This document shows, piece by piece, positions 26,906 through 39,779 of a DNA stretch of 64,000 nucleotides. The DNA is from Dicyema japonicum. Taxonomy: Eukaryota > Animalia > Dicyemida. Both the position numbers and the translations under genes were made by a program. Location of the stretch: NCBI GenBank assembly GCA_011109175.1, contig RDEW01000037.1, positions 283,600-347,599 of the forward strand. Direction: 5' to 3'. The notes under the pieces are model-generated. The model was not told where the DNA came from and made no database searches. It saw nothing but the letters and a program-made list of their open reading frames with translations. Numbering within the stretch: position 1 is the stretch's first letter; each line of letters starts with the position of its first letter.

Positions 26906-27760
26906 ATGGAAGAAATAAAACGAGAATTGGCTATATTGGATGAAAAAAAGAAGGACGAAATCGAAAAATTTATAAAGTCTGCGAATAATATTTTCTGGAA
27001 CCTCATCCGTGCCCGAAACCGCCTCTTTAAAAAAATCTTTAATTTTTGGCACAATACGGTATCCTTATTATTAAAATCATAGTTTTTGAACTTCCCTGAG
27101 ATCAACTCAGTTCTATCTGACATTGATAAAGAACTCCTCCTCCAAGTCTCCGAATTTTATGTTGTAGACTTTTCTGATCACATTTATCTAATCAAAATGG
27201 TAGACGTTTTACATTACTTTAGGTTTTCGGAGAGAATAAATACTTTCATAATCCGTTTCTCATAAAGAAGGCAACATTTGACTCAACCACTTCCTTTTAC
27301 ATCACCGAGGGCTGTGTTATCTCATGGAAGCCTGGAATGGTGGTCTATTCTCTTAGTTTTAGGACACTGTCTGTTCGGCCGAGACAAAATCCCTCCTACG
27401 TTGGTTTCAGAAATCTTCAGCAATCGACGTCATTGCAAAGTTAATCATAGAGAAGTTGTGGACTAATCCTCTTCCTTATTTTCTTGTATGGTGGGAGGTC
27501 ACTTTTAGGGAGGAAAACTGTCTGCTGACCAAATTGTCATTAAGAGTGACTATGAGTTGGATGAGGATGCTGTTCTGTTTGATGATGAGGACGGTCAATC
27601 GTTACTTTCAGAGGACCTCAATGACAGAGAAGTTGAACTAATGAAACTAAACGGAATGACTCATGCATTAATATTCCAGGATAATGCCAACAGTGAATCT
27701 CCACAAGGAGATGAAGAGTCTACTATGGATTTAGATGATTCCTCTAGTTCTGAATTTTAA
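26906..27760 (+). CDS. SET/TAF-I-like NAP-family histone chaperone with acidic tail, 5 exons, about 253 aa
   Basis: KIFNFWHNTFLNFP...FGENKYFHN...ISWKPG...LLRWF...KLWTNPLPYFL followed by a D/E-rich tail. Four introns of 23-24 nt restore a single frame. Confidence 0.85.
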
Positions 27761-28444
27761 CAAAGTTTTTATCAAAATTTAATTAATTATGGTAATAAGT
27801 GTATGATTCTTAATATAAAGTGATCTATTCTGGGGGATTTTGTGTTTATCAGATATTTCAATATTTTGAATATTGTATATTTGTATCCACCGTTTAGTCT
27901 ATTTGTTAGTAAATTTATTACTGTAATTCTATTATGTCGGTTAGAATGCACAGAATGTTTACTACTTCTTCAATCCTTTACATTAGTGAGTAATGAGTAC
28001 TTTTGTGTTTGTTCCACCAAATCCTCCATTTAATGAACCTGTGCATGTTTGTCGTTTATAGTAGTAATCGTAACGATGTTCTAATGGTCGATGCTTGTTT
28101 TATTGACTAATAATTAAAATATATTACTATTAATATATTATTGTCTACTCGTAGCATAAACTATGATTTAATGTGTTTCCTTAATCAATACACTTAGTTA
28201 ATTACTAATGGAATACATCTCATTACCCCAGGATCACTGAGTCTTAAGTCAGATTCACAGACACTTTTTTCCAAGTATCCGCCATCATAGGAACCCCTCT
28301 ACGGAAGTATGGAAGATCATTTTGTATGTCGGCCTAATTTTAGCACTCTCTCTTACAGGTGGGTCACATTCGCCTTTTAGGAAAAAGTCAAATAGCAGAA
28401 AGGAATCCTTTACCAGGCAAGTATCGTTGTGGAAATCAAACCCC

Positions 28445-31050
28445 CAATTATTATTATTACCTCCAGGATCACTGGGCCAAAAAAAATAAATAAAAGGTTT
28501 TCAACTAACTAAGTTATCCCAGACCGACAAGGAAGGGGACGAGTCATGTGGGGTCGAGAATCCTCTTCTCATTGGACATGCCATCGGCTCAAAATTTTTG
28601 TGATTGTAGATATTTCGATAGTGTATGGAATAGAAGGCAGCTCGGTAAACTAGCCTCCTTTAAAAGTTTCCGATGTAGTTCGATTAAGAGATTCTCAATG
28701 GGCTGGATTTTGTGTACTACGGCCTCCTATCCTTATTGCGGTCTCCTCGATTGCGGGTAGTTTCAATTGGGAGGATCGTGAAATCTGCATTACCCACGAA
28801 GGACTTGCATACGTCATCGTTGGTTGGATAAATTGTTCATAAATCGTGGCAAGGCCACCAGTTTAATCTCTAAGTATTTTTAAAGCATTTTTAAAATTCT
28901 TATTTTCCTCAGAGCAGAAGTTACTATATTCTCAACATGTCAGATAAAGGTGAGTTCCTGGTCAAAAGTGACTCCCAGAATCTTCGGTGTTTTGTTAATA
29001 GAAATAACCTCGTTCGTCATATGGATTTCTGGTTTGACACAGCTGTCTTTGTAAGTGATAAACAGCGTGAGAGGACTTAGTTGCTGATGTGTCGATTCTC
29101 CGCTTCGAGAGCCATAGTTCCAACTTGTCAAGCATTATTTGAGCGGACTGAGTCGCTGATTGAATGGTTCTGTCCTCGGAGGCAAGAATAATATCGTCGG
29201 CATAGGAGAGGATTAGATAGTTTTCATTACAGGTTTGTGGCATGTCGTTTATGTAGAGATTGAAAAAGGCTGGCGATAGTGGGGATCCTTGAGGGACTCC
29301 ATTTGGTATGAGACGGGATTTTGACTTATGTTATTGCAATTGTCCACGTCTCCCATTTAAGAAGTGGCAATCCATAGTTTTATGTTTGGGTGGATGCATG
29401 TATCGTAAATTTTCTCAGTAAGGAGTTTTCTTGAGACTGTGTCGAAAGCCTTTGTTATATCAACAAAAACCAAGACTGTTCGTTAATGTGGTTTAGTGGA
29501 ATTGAATCTTTCCGCAATGAACTGGCACAGGGACGTTAGGTATGTTGCTGTGGAGTGTTTAGCCCGGAATCCATGTTGGAAAGGAGAGAGCGGGATGTAG
29601 TCTTTGATATTTTCAAGAACTAATCTTTCGAGTATTCGGGAAAGTGAACATAGGATCGAGATTGGTCTGTAGGAAGAGGGTTCATTTTCGGATTTTCCTG
29701 ACTTCAAGATCGGTTTGATGTATGATCTCATCCAGACATCCGGAATAATGTTCACATTTATTGACACTGTGAATATATAAGCAATTAAATCTAAAGCAAG
29801 AGGTCCTAGATGCTTTAGTTCCGTTGTAGAAATATTGTCTGGACTTCGGGCTTTTGAGATTCGGGCCTTTGATATTGCCCATTGGACGTCCTTCGCCGTA
29901 AATATGGTCCACACGTATGATCATTTCGGTTTTGTTCTGTTTAAGAGTACTTGGTGTTCTTTGGAGTGGTTTTTATGAGCTATGGAAACATAGTATTTCA
30001 TTAAGGTGTTTGGTTGTAATGATATCCCATTTTGCGGTTCATCAAAAGACCTTTTGATAGACTTGATTTTGTTCCAGACCTTCTGTACTGACGGATTTTC
30101 TGTTAGGGCAATTGATAGTTCTGTCCAGCGTTTCTCGTTTGTTTTACTGATATATTTGTTAATCTCCTTGTTTAGTGTAAGAATTCTTATTATATCCTCC
30201 TTCGACGGTATGTTCTTTTTCTTTAAATAGTTTCTTTCTTTGACTAAATGTTTGGCTGTTTAATTGAATCGCCTGTTTGTCGGTTGTCTTCCCATTGGAA
30301 TAAATAATTTTCTTGCTTTTTGAATGATTAAGAGAACTGCTTTATGATGTTGTTTAGTGATGAGGCTGCATGTAGTTTTGATAACTTGATCTGCATGTCA
30401 ATATAGCTCGCAAATCTTGGCCAGTCAGCAAGATTATAGTTTATCAAAGTAGGAAGTGACCTTCGATAATTTGATCTTGTTTTTATTTGTAAAATGATTG
30501 GATTATGATTAATCATAGTTTCGTATTTCACGGTCCATGAAAATGAAGAAGACAGAAGGGGAGACGCGATTGAGACGTCAGAGGATGACGGTTTATTACT
30601 TTGTCTTGAGAGGGTTCTTGTGTGAAAGTTAGGGTCGTTTAGGATGCAAAAAATTCCCAACTCTTCGATTAGCATATCTTCCCGCCTGTTTGACGTCTGA
30701 CCTCTCTTAGGTCACCGTAAATAAGAACGTTCATTAATGAGCTGATCGACGAAAGTTTTGGGTAAGTGGCTGATGTTGAAGGAGGTAGATATCAATTGAT
30801 CAGAGTAAGACGTAACCTTGGGAGTTGGATTTTTGTGGCCAGAATTTCGATACTTTCATGGTTTTGGAGGCGGTTTACGTATTTGGTGATATCTTCATAA
30901 GGGATCCCGTTTTGTATGATAGTTAGTAAGCCTCTCCCAAGTTTTCCACATTTATCTTTGGGGATAACTGAATATCCACGAAATTTTAGAGTTGTGTTCT
31001 TACTTCTGAATTTGGATTCTTGTAATAGAACTCCCAACTAATGCGACATC
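28445..31050 (-). mobile_element. Near full-length decayed APE-RT non-LTR retrotransposon (Ingi/Vingi/I-like)
   Basis: APE (LLQESKF, DVSIAS, NHNPI), RT (SYRPISILCSLSRILERL, QHGFR, NGVPQGSPLSP, LSYADD, KILGVTFD), C-terminus ...SGIT*, then a 3' stem-loop and (TAA)n tail. Confidence 0.9.
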
Positions 31051-31116
31051 AATGGCCATTAAAAACCTATTCCTTACCACAAAAATAAAAAAAATATGAA
31101 ATTTCATTACCAATAA

Positions 31117-31971
31117 TTAAGGATAATTATTTAATAAATTAGAATTATTTTGTTGATAGTTGTAGTGAAACCCCCTATCGTGGTTATTTTCTTGATTTAA
31201 AAACGATATATTTTTGCAATTCTTTTTTTCCCTTAACTTTAAACAAGCTAATTTTGGATTATAGTTTTTATCTGAAAACATATAATTAAAATGACCTTTA
31301 ACTTTCTGTTCCATGTCGATTATTAATTTCGCGGCTTCTCTCAAAATGTTAAGTTTACTTTGGAGATTTTTTTTATTCCCAAATAACGAACAGACACGTC
31401 CCAATTCTTTAAATGACACGTTGATGTCGTGAACTCGCATTCTTAAATATTTTATGAATTATGCCTTTCTCTACTGTTATTCGCATAACGGCGGTATTTC
31501 TCCTTGCAGACCTTCTCCGACTCTGTCAAATTTTGATTATTTGGAAAGTTCGATTGGTTAAATCCACTTTCTAACAATTAAATTCAATTGAACCATTTGT
31601 GTCTAAATAACCTTGTTGTTGTGGTTGTCTCTGATCCTGGATAGGGGGATACTATTAATTTATGAAATATTGAACATCGTAGTAGTAATAGTTTTCTGAC
31701 TGAGGAAGTGATCTATAATACTGTGGATTGTTCTAGAAATCAATGGAAATATAAACGTAGTCGATATAATATTCTTGGGGGTTGTATTCTAAAATATATC
31801 ATTTTGCTGAAAACCACACAAATTCTGAAAATAATCATTTTCCTTGAAATAATAATAATCATCTGATTAAATACAACTGATTACTTTGTATGTAGTCATC
31901 TCGGTAGTGGTCTGTGGGTTCTTCAATCACTAAGGAAATAAACCGTTATTAGAGTAATCAAAGTTGTCCAT
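31117..31971 (-). CDS. Class I bHLH E-protein (daughterless/TCF3/4/12-like), 9 exons, about 221 aa
   Basis: [31 protein letters not shown]...QSKLNILREAAKLIIDMEQKVKDKNYNPKLACLKLRE matches the E-protein bHLH and its NLNPKAACLKRRE extension. Eight introns of 22-26 nt, one GC-AG. Confidence 0.9.
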
Positions 31972-32489
31972 ATATTTAATTACAATAATTATTATTTTAT
32001 ATTGGTAAATCACATCTGCTGCATTAATAAGTCATTGATTCTACGTACTTAATAATAAATTTGGTTTAACTTACAAGAAAATCACTAATTAATTATTCTA
32101 ACAAATTGTGGTTTATGTCTCATTTACTTTATTCTCGTTACCTACTCCACCTATTACCATTCTGCTCTTTTCCTTATACATTTCCTAGATTGGGTCCACT
32201 TAACATAAACTGTCATCTAAAAATAATTTTCTATTAAAGGGGTTCCTGGATAGGATAAGTCCACTCTGATTGGGAGAACTAGATAAAACCTCGGGAGTTA
32301 TTAAAACAAATGTCTAATCGGTCATTAAATGACATAATTAATATTTACTTAGGAAGAACTGAAAGTTAAAAAATAAATTAACTTTAGCATAACTAAAACA
32401 GCAGTCATTCTCATCAAATCAATATAGAGATCAAGATTATTCGGAAAGTAAGTTATGGGGACTATATAGTAATGTTCAAAAATATATTT

Positions 32490-33260
32490 ATTTTATTGCC
32501 CCAAGATCACTGAGTAAAAAGAGAAAAGTAATGTCATTAGTTAACTAAGTGAATCAGACCGACAAGTGGGAGGCTGACACCAGCGAGGACAAGCATCCTG
32601 TACTACTATCTTTCTTAAAGATGGTTTCATCTCATATTTTGGGAGTTTTCAAAGTGTCCAAGAAAGATTTTGCGGGGAGAGCTGTTTGGAAGATTGACTG
32701 CTCTTAGAAATTTTCGTTCTCATGTAAGTAAAACTGCTTCAACAGATATATTCGTAGAAATAGGACTGTTTGTGGTTTCCTGGATTGTGGATAACTTACG
32801 AAGGGAAGAACGTGAAATGATTATTAATTCATATGCGTCACTATGGCTAGATAAACTGAGGGTAGATGATGGAAAGGTACCTATCGGTGAGATGATCTTA
32901 TAAATGTCAGTCTCTTCATAAGTGATGTCATCAGGTTTTCCATGTCACACAAAACAGTCTTTGGTCGAATGTGACTTCCAGAATGTTTAGTGTATTGTCA
33001 CGAATAATCATGTTGTTTAGGGAGAGGTATGGTTTAATGGTGCACCTTTTACATGTAGTATATGAAGTTATTAAGAATTTTTATGGGGATACTTCGACCA
33101 GCAAACAAGAGGTCAGTAAGTCGACATTTCTCTTACGACCCTAGTGGCAGTTTGATAATTTTTATCTCAGACAGTGAGGGGGTGGAATTTTGGTTAATAT
33201 GTTGTGGAACGTTATGTTGAAGAGTGCTGGCAAAGTGAAGAACATTGGCCGGGAAACATT
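32490..33260 (-). mobile_element. Decayed LINE 3' fragment (same group as 28445-31050)
   Basis: PALFNI, LEVTFDQRL and the shared 3' stem-loop ctcagtgatcttgggg with an A-rich tail. Confidence 0.65.
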
Positions 33261-33452
33261 TTTTTATTATAATTAAATAACAAACTATTGGTTGTCTTAA
33301 AAATTAAAAAAACTAGGTTCTTTAAATAACGGCAGGACTTTCCACCATCAAAATCAATATATTGTATTTTGTTTTCTGGTTCAATAAATTTAATTTAATA
33401 TATTGTATTTAATGAGCAACTCCAAACCATCTGGATGATATTTCGACAATTA

Positions 33453-34116
33453 TACAGTACAACCAATAAAACCCCGACTTGGAGCACCCTCTATATATGG
33501 GACACTTTTTTATAAAGTTCATTATATGATGTTATGTTGAAGTTTTCAGAAAACTCGATCGTCTAGTTTTTGAAGTTTTCAGAAACCTGAGGCAAGATGG
33601 AATTTCAGTTTCCGAATATTTGATTAAAAACATTGCTAGAATCATCACGGCTCCTGAATTGAAATTTTAAAAATTTCAAAGGCTTAAATTGATGTCTCGA
33701 TCGTTATAGGAAACGTCACGAACTATCTTTTAAAGCAATTTCTGGTTAAAAGAATTCCTGCGACAAAAATTCAATTAAAAAATTACTAAGAAAATGACGA
33801 AATTTACGACGAGTACTATGAAATTGAAACTCATAGCTTCAAAGACACAGTAAATATAATGAATAATCTTGAAATTCATTATTTAATGATAGTCCTGAAA
33901 CACTTTGAGAACATTATGATACTCAATTTATTAAGAAAATACGGAATAAATACAATATTGGGAAAAATTAGCAATTACTTTTTTAATTAATAAATAAAAT
34001 GGCTTTTTTATTTTCAACATGCTATTTAATTCAAAAAAATTAAAAAATAGAGCAATTTGGATAAATTATTTACTCTATTCGGGGCGCTTTTCTATTGGGG
34101 CAGGGGTAGAACTGCA
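33453..34116 (+). mobile_element. pogo/Tigger-like element remnant
   Basis: Degenerate TIRs (tacagtacaaccaataaaacccc ... ttctattggggcaggggtagaactgca) around CENP-B-HTH-like remnants. A related TIR occurs at about 20235-20264. Confidence 0.5.
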
Positions 34117-34409
34117 TATCCTCCACTGTGTTTATGACTTTTTTGTGAAGAAACAAAGTCGAAGACTTAATTAAATTAAAAATTTTGTCTTCCTTGTTTC
34201 TGGATTCTATGAAGAAAAAGAAGAGGCATATGACATCCTCTCATTTTATAAGTAAACGAAGAAAGGTGAATATCAACGGATTTCGACTCTAAAAATTCCA
34301 AGTGAAACTTATAAATAAAAGCTTGAAGTCGCAAAGTCAGAGACAATACTTTGCAAATATCTTATGCTTTGAGACAATACTCTGCCAATAAAATGATTAA
34401 AATGAAGAC

Positions 34410-35130
34410 TATTTTATTAAAAGTCTGATTCCTGGGTGCATCACTCACATTGAAGATATTGCCAATAACGATTGATTGGTTCGATGTATAGAAAAGGTAA
34501 AGTTCAAAGAAATGCCTAGTAGGCGGTCATTGGATTTGAACATTTCCACCAGAAATCACAAATTAATTCATTCTAGGAAACCCCTTTATTCTGATAGAAT
34601 CTATAATTTTGTTCATCAAAAACTTGATTGCTTTCTACCGTTTCAATTGTAAAAAGTGGGAAAAATTGTCCCAGAGCTGTTTCTACATTGGTACAACAAC
34701 ATGCGTTAATGCTCCTCCCTCGCCCCTTCACAAACACGAATGACTGGATCTTCGTAGTCACGGTGACACTTTACACGCTTCATGCGGATCATTGATTCTA
34801 GAAGCGTTGGAGACTGGAAGGCTCTTTTTAAGCAACCTGGATTTTCAAAACATTTGTCCAGGAAATGAATGGATCCCAGAAGCAACATGCATAGGAAATG
34901 CATGGTTCTATTTATTGGTTGTATATAGAATTCAAAATATGATAATTTCCGATCTTCCATAAGCCAGATAGACATTTATACACGTTAGTCTTCATACATT
35001 TTTTTATAATATTTTCAACATGGGGAAGAATGACGTGTCAAAAATCACTCCAACGATCTTTTGAGATTTTCTAAAAGGGATAATACCATTGTTTATTTTT
35101 AAATTGCCATATATTGTTATCGACTTATCT
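34410..35130 (-). mobile_element. Decayed LINE 3' fragment
   Basis: KIVGVIFD and IEPCISYAC; related to 19250-19500. Confidence 0.6.
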
Positions 35131-35699
35131 CAGCCAGGACACACACTATGTTTAAGCAAAAAACAGTTATGATAACTAATCGTAGATCGAGAACCAAGGA
35201 ATGCTCTTCAATTCTTTTTTTTGTTTGTGAGTGCTTTATAGACTATCTGGCTCCGCAGTAAAAAGTTCACTGATGACGGTGTCACTCGTCAAGGCAAAGC
35301 ATGGTAGATACATGGAACTTTGTACAGCAGCGAGATTCGAACTAAGCCATTTCCCCGGAACTCGTTGCAATGCGCCGCCAGACGTTTTACAAATATAGGG
35401 TTTCTTGACTTTTAGCTTCATTTTCCTGATCAATATGTTATGTTGTCCAATTTAGTCGTGTCCGACCCTTGGAGATCTCATGAACGAATACCGTCACTAA
35501 ATTTTTAAAGGGTAAAAACAAGCATTCTTAAAATTTTCTCATTTTCAGCCGCTCCTCTGGAAACAAATAGTNAACTCGTTGCACTGCGCCGCCCGGCGTT
35601 TTACAAATATAGGGTTTCTTGACTTTTAGCTTCATTTTCCTGATCAATATGTTATGTTATGTTGTCCAATTTAGTCGTGTCCGACCCTTGGAGATTTCA

Positions 35700-36200
35700 T
35701 GAACAAATACCGTCACTAAATTTTTTAAGGGTAAAAACAAGCATTTTTAAAAATTTCTCATTTTCAGCCGCTCCTCTGGGAACAAATAGTTTTTCCACGT
35801 AAGAATAAGTTATCAATTGGATTGAGAACTGGAGAGTAAAGGGCAATGGAACATGGAGGTTTCTACTTGAATGAATTCTTTAATGTTCGTATAATGACGA
35901 ATACAGGAATTATCAAAAATAAATATCGGGTCTTCAATTCCCTCTTTATAACAAAGATTTTTTTAAAGATTCCATAAAAATTAGTCGTCGATGTAATTTC
36001 TGATTCTGATGTTCCTCCTGAAGCAGTTCTTCCTCGTCTCCGTCTTTAGTGAAAATCGACGAGAAATGGGATAAAATTAAAAAATTAATATAAAGAAGAT
36101 TAGAAGCAGTAATAGTTGCACAGGTAATGCAACACAGTATTAATAACGTACTGTACCAACACTTAGTGATCTCTAAATAACAATTAAAATTTTTAAAACT
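35700..36200 (-). mobile_element. Tc1/IS630-like (DDE_3) transposase remnant
   Basis: Frameshifted PIFIFDNSCI..H and LP.YSPVLNPIDNLF..WK. Confidence 0.6.
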
Positions 36201-36319
36201 TGTTTTCTGCTTATCCAATATTAAATTAGAGTACTTTTCTTATACTGGACTTTTTAATTTTAAACATTTAAAAGTCAACTAGTTTATATTATATATAAGA
36301 AAATAAAAAATAGTGAAAA

Positions 36320-36830
36320 TTCTCAATCAGATGAATTTTTGATCTTACTTTAAGTAATCATCATTGGCGAGAGTGTTGTACACAGATTAATTATATATAA
36401 TCTGTGAAGGGAATCTTACGAAACACAAAAAATCTATTCCAGTAATATTTATAGTTTATTTCAGGGACTAATAACTTTATAGGGACGAGAAAAACTGGCT
36501 ATTAACTTTAAAGTTTCCTACTTGCCAATACTGGTGGAAGACAACAGTTCGGTATATTTCTAGATGAATCACTTCCTTTTTATTGATGATTATAAAGTCG
36601 TTGTAAGANTGTGTAGAATTATATATAATCTGTGAAGGGAATCTTACGAATCACGAAAAATCTATTTCAGTAATATTTATAGTTTATTTCAGGGACTAAT
36701 AACTTTATAGGGACGAGAAAAACTGGCTATTAACTTTAAAGTTTCCTACTTGCCAATACTGGTGGAAGACAACAGTTCGGTATATTTCTAGATGAATCAC
36801 TTCCTTTTTATTGATGATTATAAACTCGTT
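36320..36830 (+). pseudogene. Possible degenerate Rab-like small GTPase relic
   Basis: Frameshifted fragments read FDLT(F)KVIIIGES and ANTGGRQQF, resembling G1 and G3 motifs. The region is broken by stops and an N-joined duplication. Confidence 0.3.
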
Positions 36831-37699
36831 GTAAGAAGCCATAACTAATAATGGAAGACATAATAAGGCTTCAGAATTGAAAAAAAAAAATTAATCCCCC
36901 AATTAAAGTGAAATGTTAACAATAAATTATTACAACTTAACTAATACGCCTTATCACAGTAAATTTGTTATATTGGATTGTTGAATCTGAACACTCCGTC
37001 TGAGAAATTGGATAAGTTTGGCCAAAAACAGCTAGAAAACCTTAAAATTTCACCTCAGACCTACGTGCAAAAATTCCTTTAGAGAGAATTGTAACTATTT
37101 TTCTTAGTCAGAAAATATACTACTGGAATTCAAGAAAACGTGAAAGCATTCAGGAAACATGATATTTGGTTGAACGACTTCTTGTATTGTTTTAAAGCCT
37201 TTTACTAAGTTCAACTTTACATTAAATTAATTTTAAACCACCGTCATAGTCAAGTGATCCCAGCCTCCCACAGCAGTCTCTGGTGCTCGGAATAGAAGGA
37301 GGTTCCATCCAGGGGGAATTCCTCTGGATGGTTGTTGAATGGTCTTTTGGGATATAATTTAGGATTATATTTGGGGCCACCAAAGATGATTAACCAAATA
37401 ACGCACGCTAACAATTGAAGCTCCTTGGATCCAAAGAGTTTTCTTTAGCGTGGCTTAGTCACTAGTTTTCTTTAGCGTGAAACAGTGAGATTCTTAGTGG
37501 TTGTCCATCTTCCTCGCAAATGGGAGAAATCCGGAACCACATCTACGAGTTGTAGATTCCGTCAGCAGAGGAGGTATTGTTGTTCTACATTGTGATCCTA
37601 GCAGTTTTTAACCTCTCTAGTGATACAAAAATATTAAAAAATTCTTAAATATTAATATTTTCAAAAACAAATATATTTTTGAAATTTTATTCAATTTGT

Positions 37700-38673
37700 A
37701 TGGAGGTTGCTTTTATTGCATACATTAGGAAGAGGAACAAATTGAATTCACACATTGGGACAGTAGACTCTACAAAGAAGGAATAAAAGCTACGAGTCAA
37801 TACAATGCAAAATTACTAAAAGAGAGAAGCTCTCGAGTTCCATTTTTCGACAGACTCACTTGCATATACCAATACGACAGCGCTCTCTGGAAGACAAAGG
37901 AGGACCGAATCGCTCCAGATGTCCTGGAATATAAAAGATGCAAATATAAACCGCTTCCTCCATTTTCAAGCCTCCAGACCGGGACTGTTTTTGAATATGA
38001 CTGTAAATACCGAAATTTTAGATATTTAGCTCGGAATGTCGCTGATATCGACGTAGAAAGTACGAGCCGACAATTTGATCCGTCGACCTCTGAGGATGAG
38101 AGTGTCTCCCTCGAATCTGACGAGTCTGACGAATTTTCCAGTCGGAAACGGAGGGCTAGGAAAGTTTCACATGTTAATGATGATTAGAGTCAGCCTCAGC
38201 GTGCAAAATGGAAGCCTCCCATGAGCCAATCAATGAATGAGGCTGAAGGAGAGGAGAGTCTGAAATCTGACGCCATGTACTGCGACTTTTGCTTGGGAAC
38301 CACCACGAGTAGATCAGGGCAGACCGAGTCTCTAATTACCTGCAGCAATTGCAAGAGATCTGGTAAAGGATTTGATGACTTTTAGGTCATCCCAGCTGCC
38401 TGAACTTCACCGAGCACATGGTCTCCAGGATTGTGACTTATAATTGGCAATGTATTGAATGCAAGTCCTGCACAATTTGCGGAACGTCTGACAATGACGT
38501 TTGAGTTAGTTTATTGTGCAGGAAAAACTGTTATTTTGTGATGACTGTGACCGCGGATATCACATGTACTGTCTAAGACCCCCACTGACTGAAGCTCCAG
38601 ATGGTTGTCTACCTTCGTTAATTTATTAGGAAAATGGTGTTGTCATCTATGTATGTCCGCCTATAGAAGTTAA
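37700..38673 (+). CDS. d4/DPF (Requiem, BAF45) family double-PHD protein, about 284 aa
   Basis: N-terminal Requiem-like [27 protein letters not shown], then C-terminal YCDFCLG...[15 protein letters not shown]...[41 protein letters not shown]...GKWCCHLC. Five introns of 23-26 nt. Confidence 0.92.
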
Positions 38674-38998
38674 CTTATTAGTTTTTTGTTGATTTTCATA
38701 ATCTTTTTTGTTAGATTTAATTTATTAATATAAAGTGGTTAAGGTATATCCAGTTCTCATGGTCAGGGAGTGACGCATCGCCTACATCCATATTTGCTAT
38801 TGTGGCAACCCCTCCGTTGAAATAGGAGAGAGATCCTGAGACAGGTGGATCACATTCCACCGTGTTGGTAGCAGTGAAAGGATCTGTTTGTTGTCATCTG
38901 TAATACCTGTATTGTCCGAATAGTCTAATAATGAGGTAATCTAATGTAGTAGGCTATTCCATGATTTAATAAAAATATTTTTTTAGCAGAAACAATTT

Positions 38999-39770
38999 TT
39001 AACACAAAAAATTTAGTGAGATAATTTTTTTATTGATAAAAATTTTTTGAAATCTCGGTGTCATTGCGGATAGTGCTACTCTTAGCTCATTATGTACAAA
39101 TAAACAAGTTCGATATTTAGATTTCATTGCAGCTAGTGCAAAAAATCCAGTCTCCCATAAATATGAGGTGGCAACAAAACCTACATCGCTTTTATCGACA
39201 AAAGTCATATTCCTTACATCAACCAAAAATGAATTAGTGGTTCCCTCTCAAATTTTTGTTTCAACAATAACAATTCTATCAATTTTTATTTATCAAAAGT
39301 TGTCAATTCATTATCTTCATCAATAAATGGATTCTGTATCCATGCCAACGTTTTACAGTTGAGATCTTTAAATAATGAGCATAATGCTTCTAAAAACAAC
39401 CCAAATGTTTTTGTTTGCTTGAATATTATAGTGGAACATGTCATATTTTTCTGTACATTAGATTTCCATAACTCCAATTTTTAATGAATGCTTTTGTTTT
39501 GTCTTTTTGAGTAATGAATCAAGTTGTGGTCCCTGATAGATTCAACACACTCAATTTCCCAAAAATGTCAACCAAATAGGCAAATTTGACAATAAAATTA
39601 TCATTTCTGAACAATTTGGCATCTTCAATATCATTTTCATCAAGAAAATCTGCAACTTGATCTTTGAGTTCAAACACCCTTCGAATCACTTTCGCACGAA
39701 ATAGCTCCACAATAATATAAAAGTAATGTATAATTTGCATTCCGTATTGCGAGGAGAACTTCATCGTTAA
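38999..39770 (-). mobile_element. hAT transposase C-terminal fragment
   Basis: RVFELKDQV..FL, FAYLVDIFGKLSVLNLS, WIQNPF and TSYLWETGFFALAAMKSKYR (dimerisation domain). Confidence 0.8.
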
Positions 39771-39779
39771 ATATGATAA

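Noticed and set aside
35268-35300. CTGATGA as a hammerhead core or C/D box (also near 55956)
   Set aside because: There is no properly placed GAAA with flanking stems, and it lies on the antisense strand of the SINE body.
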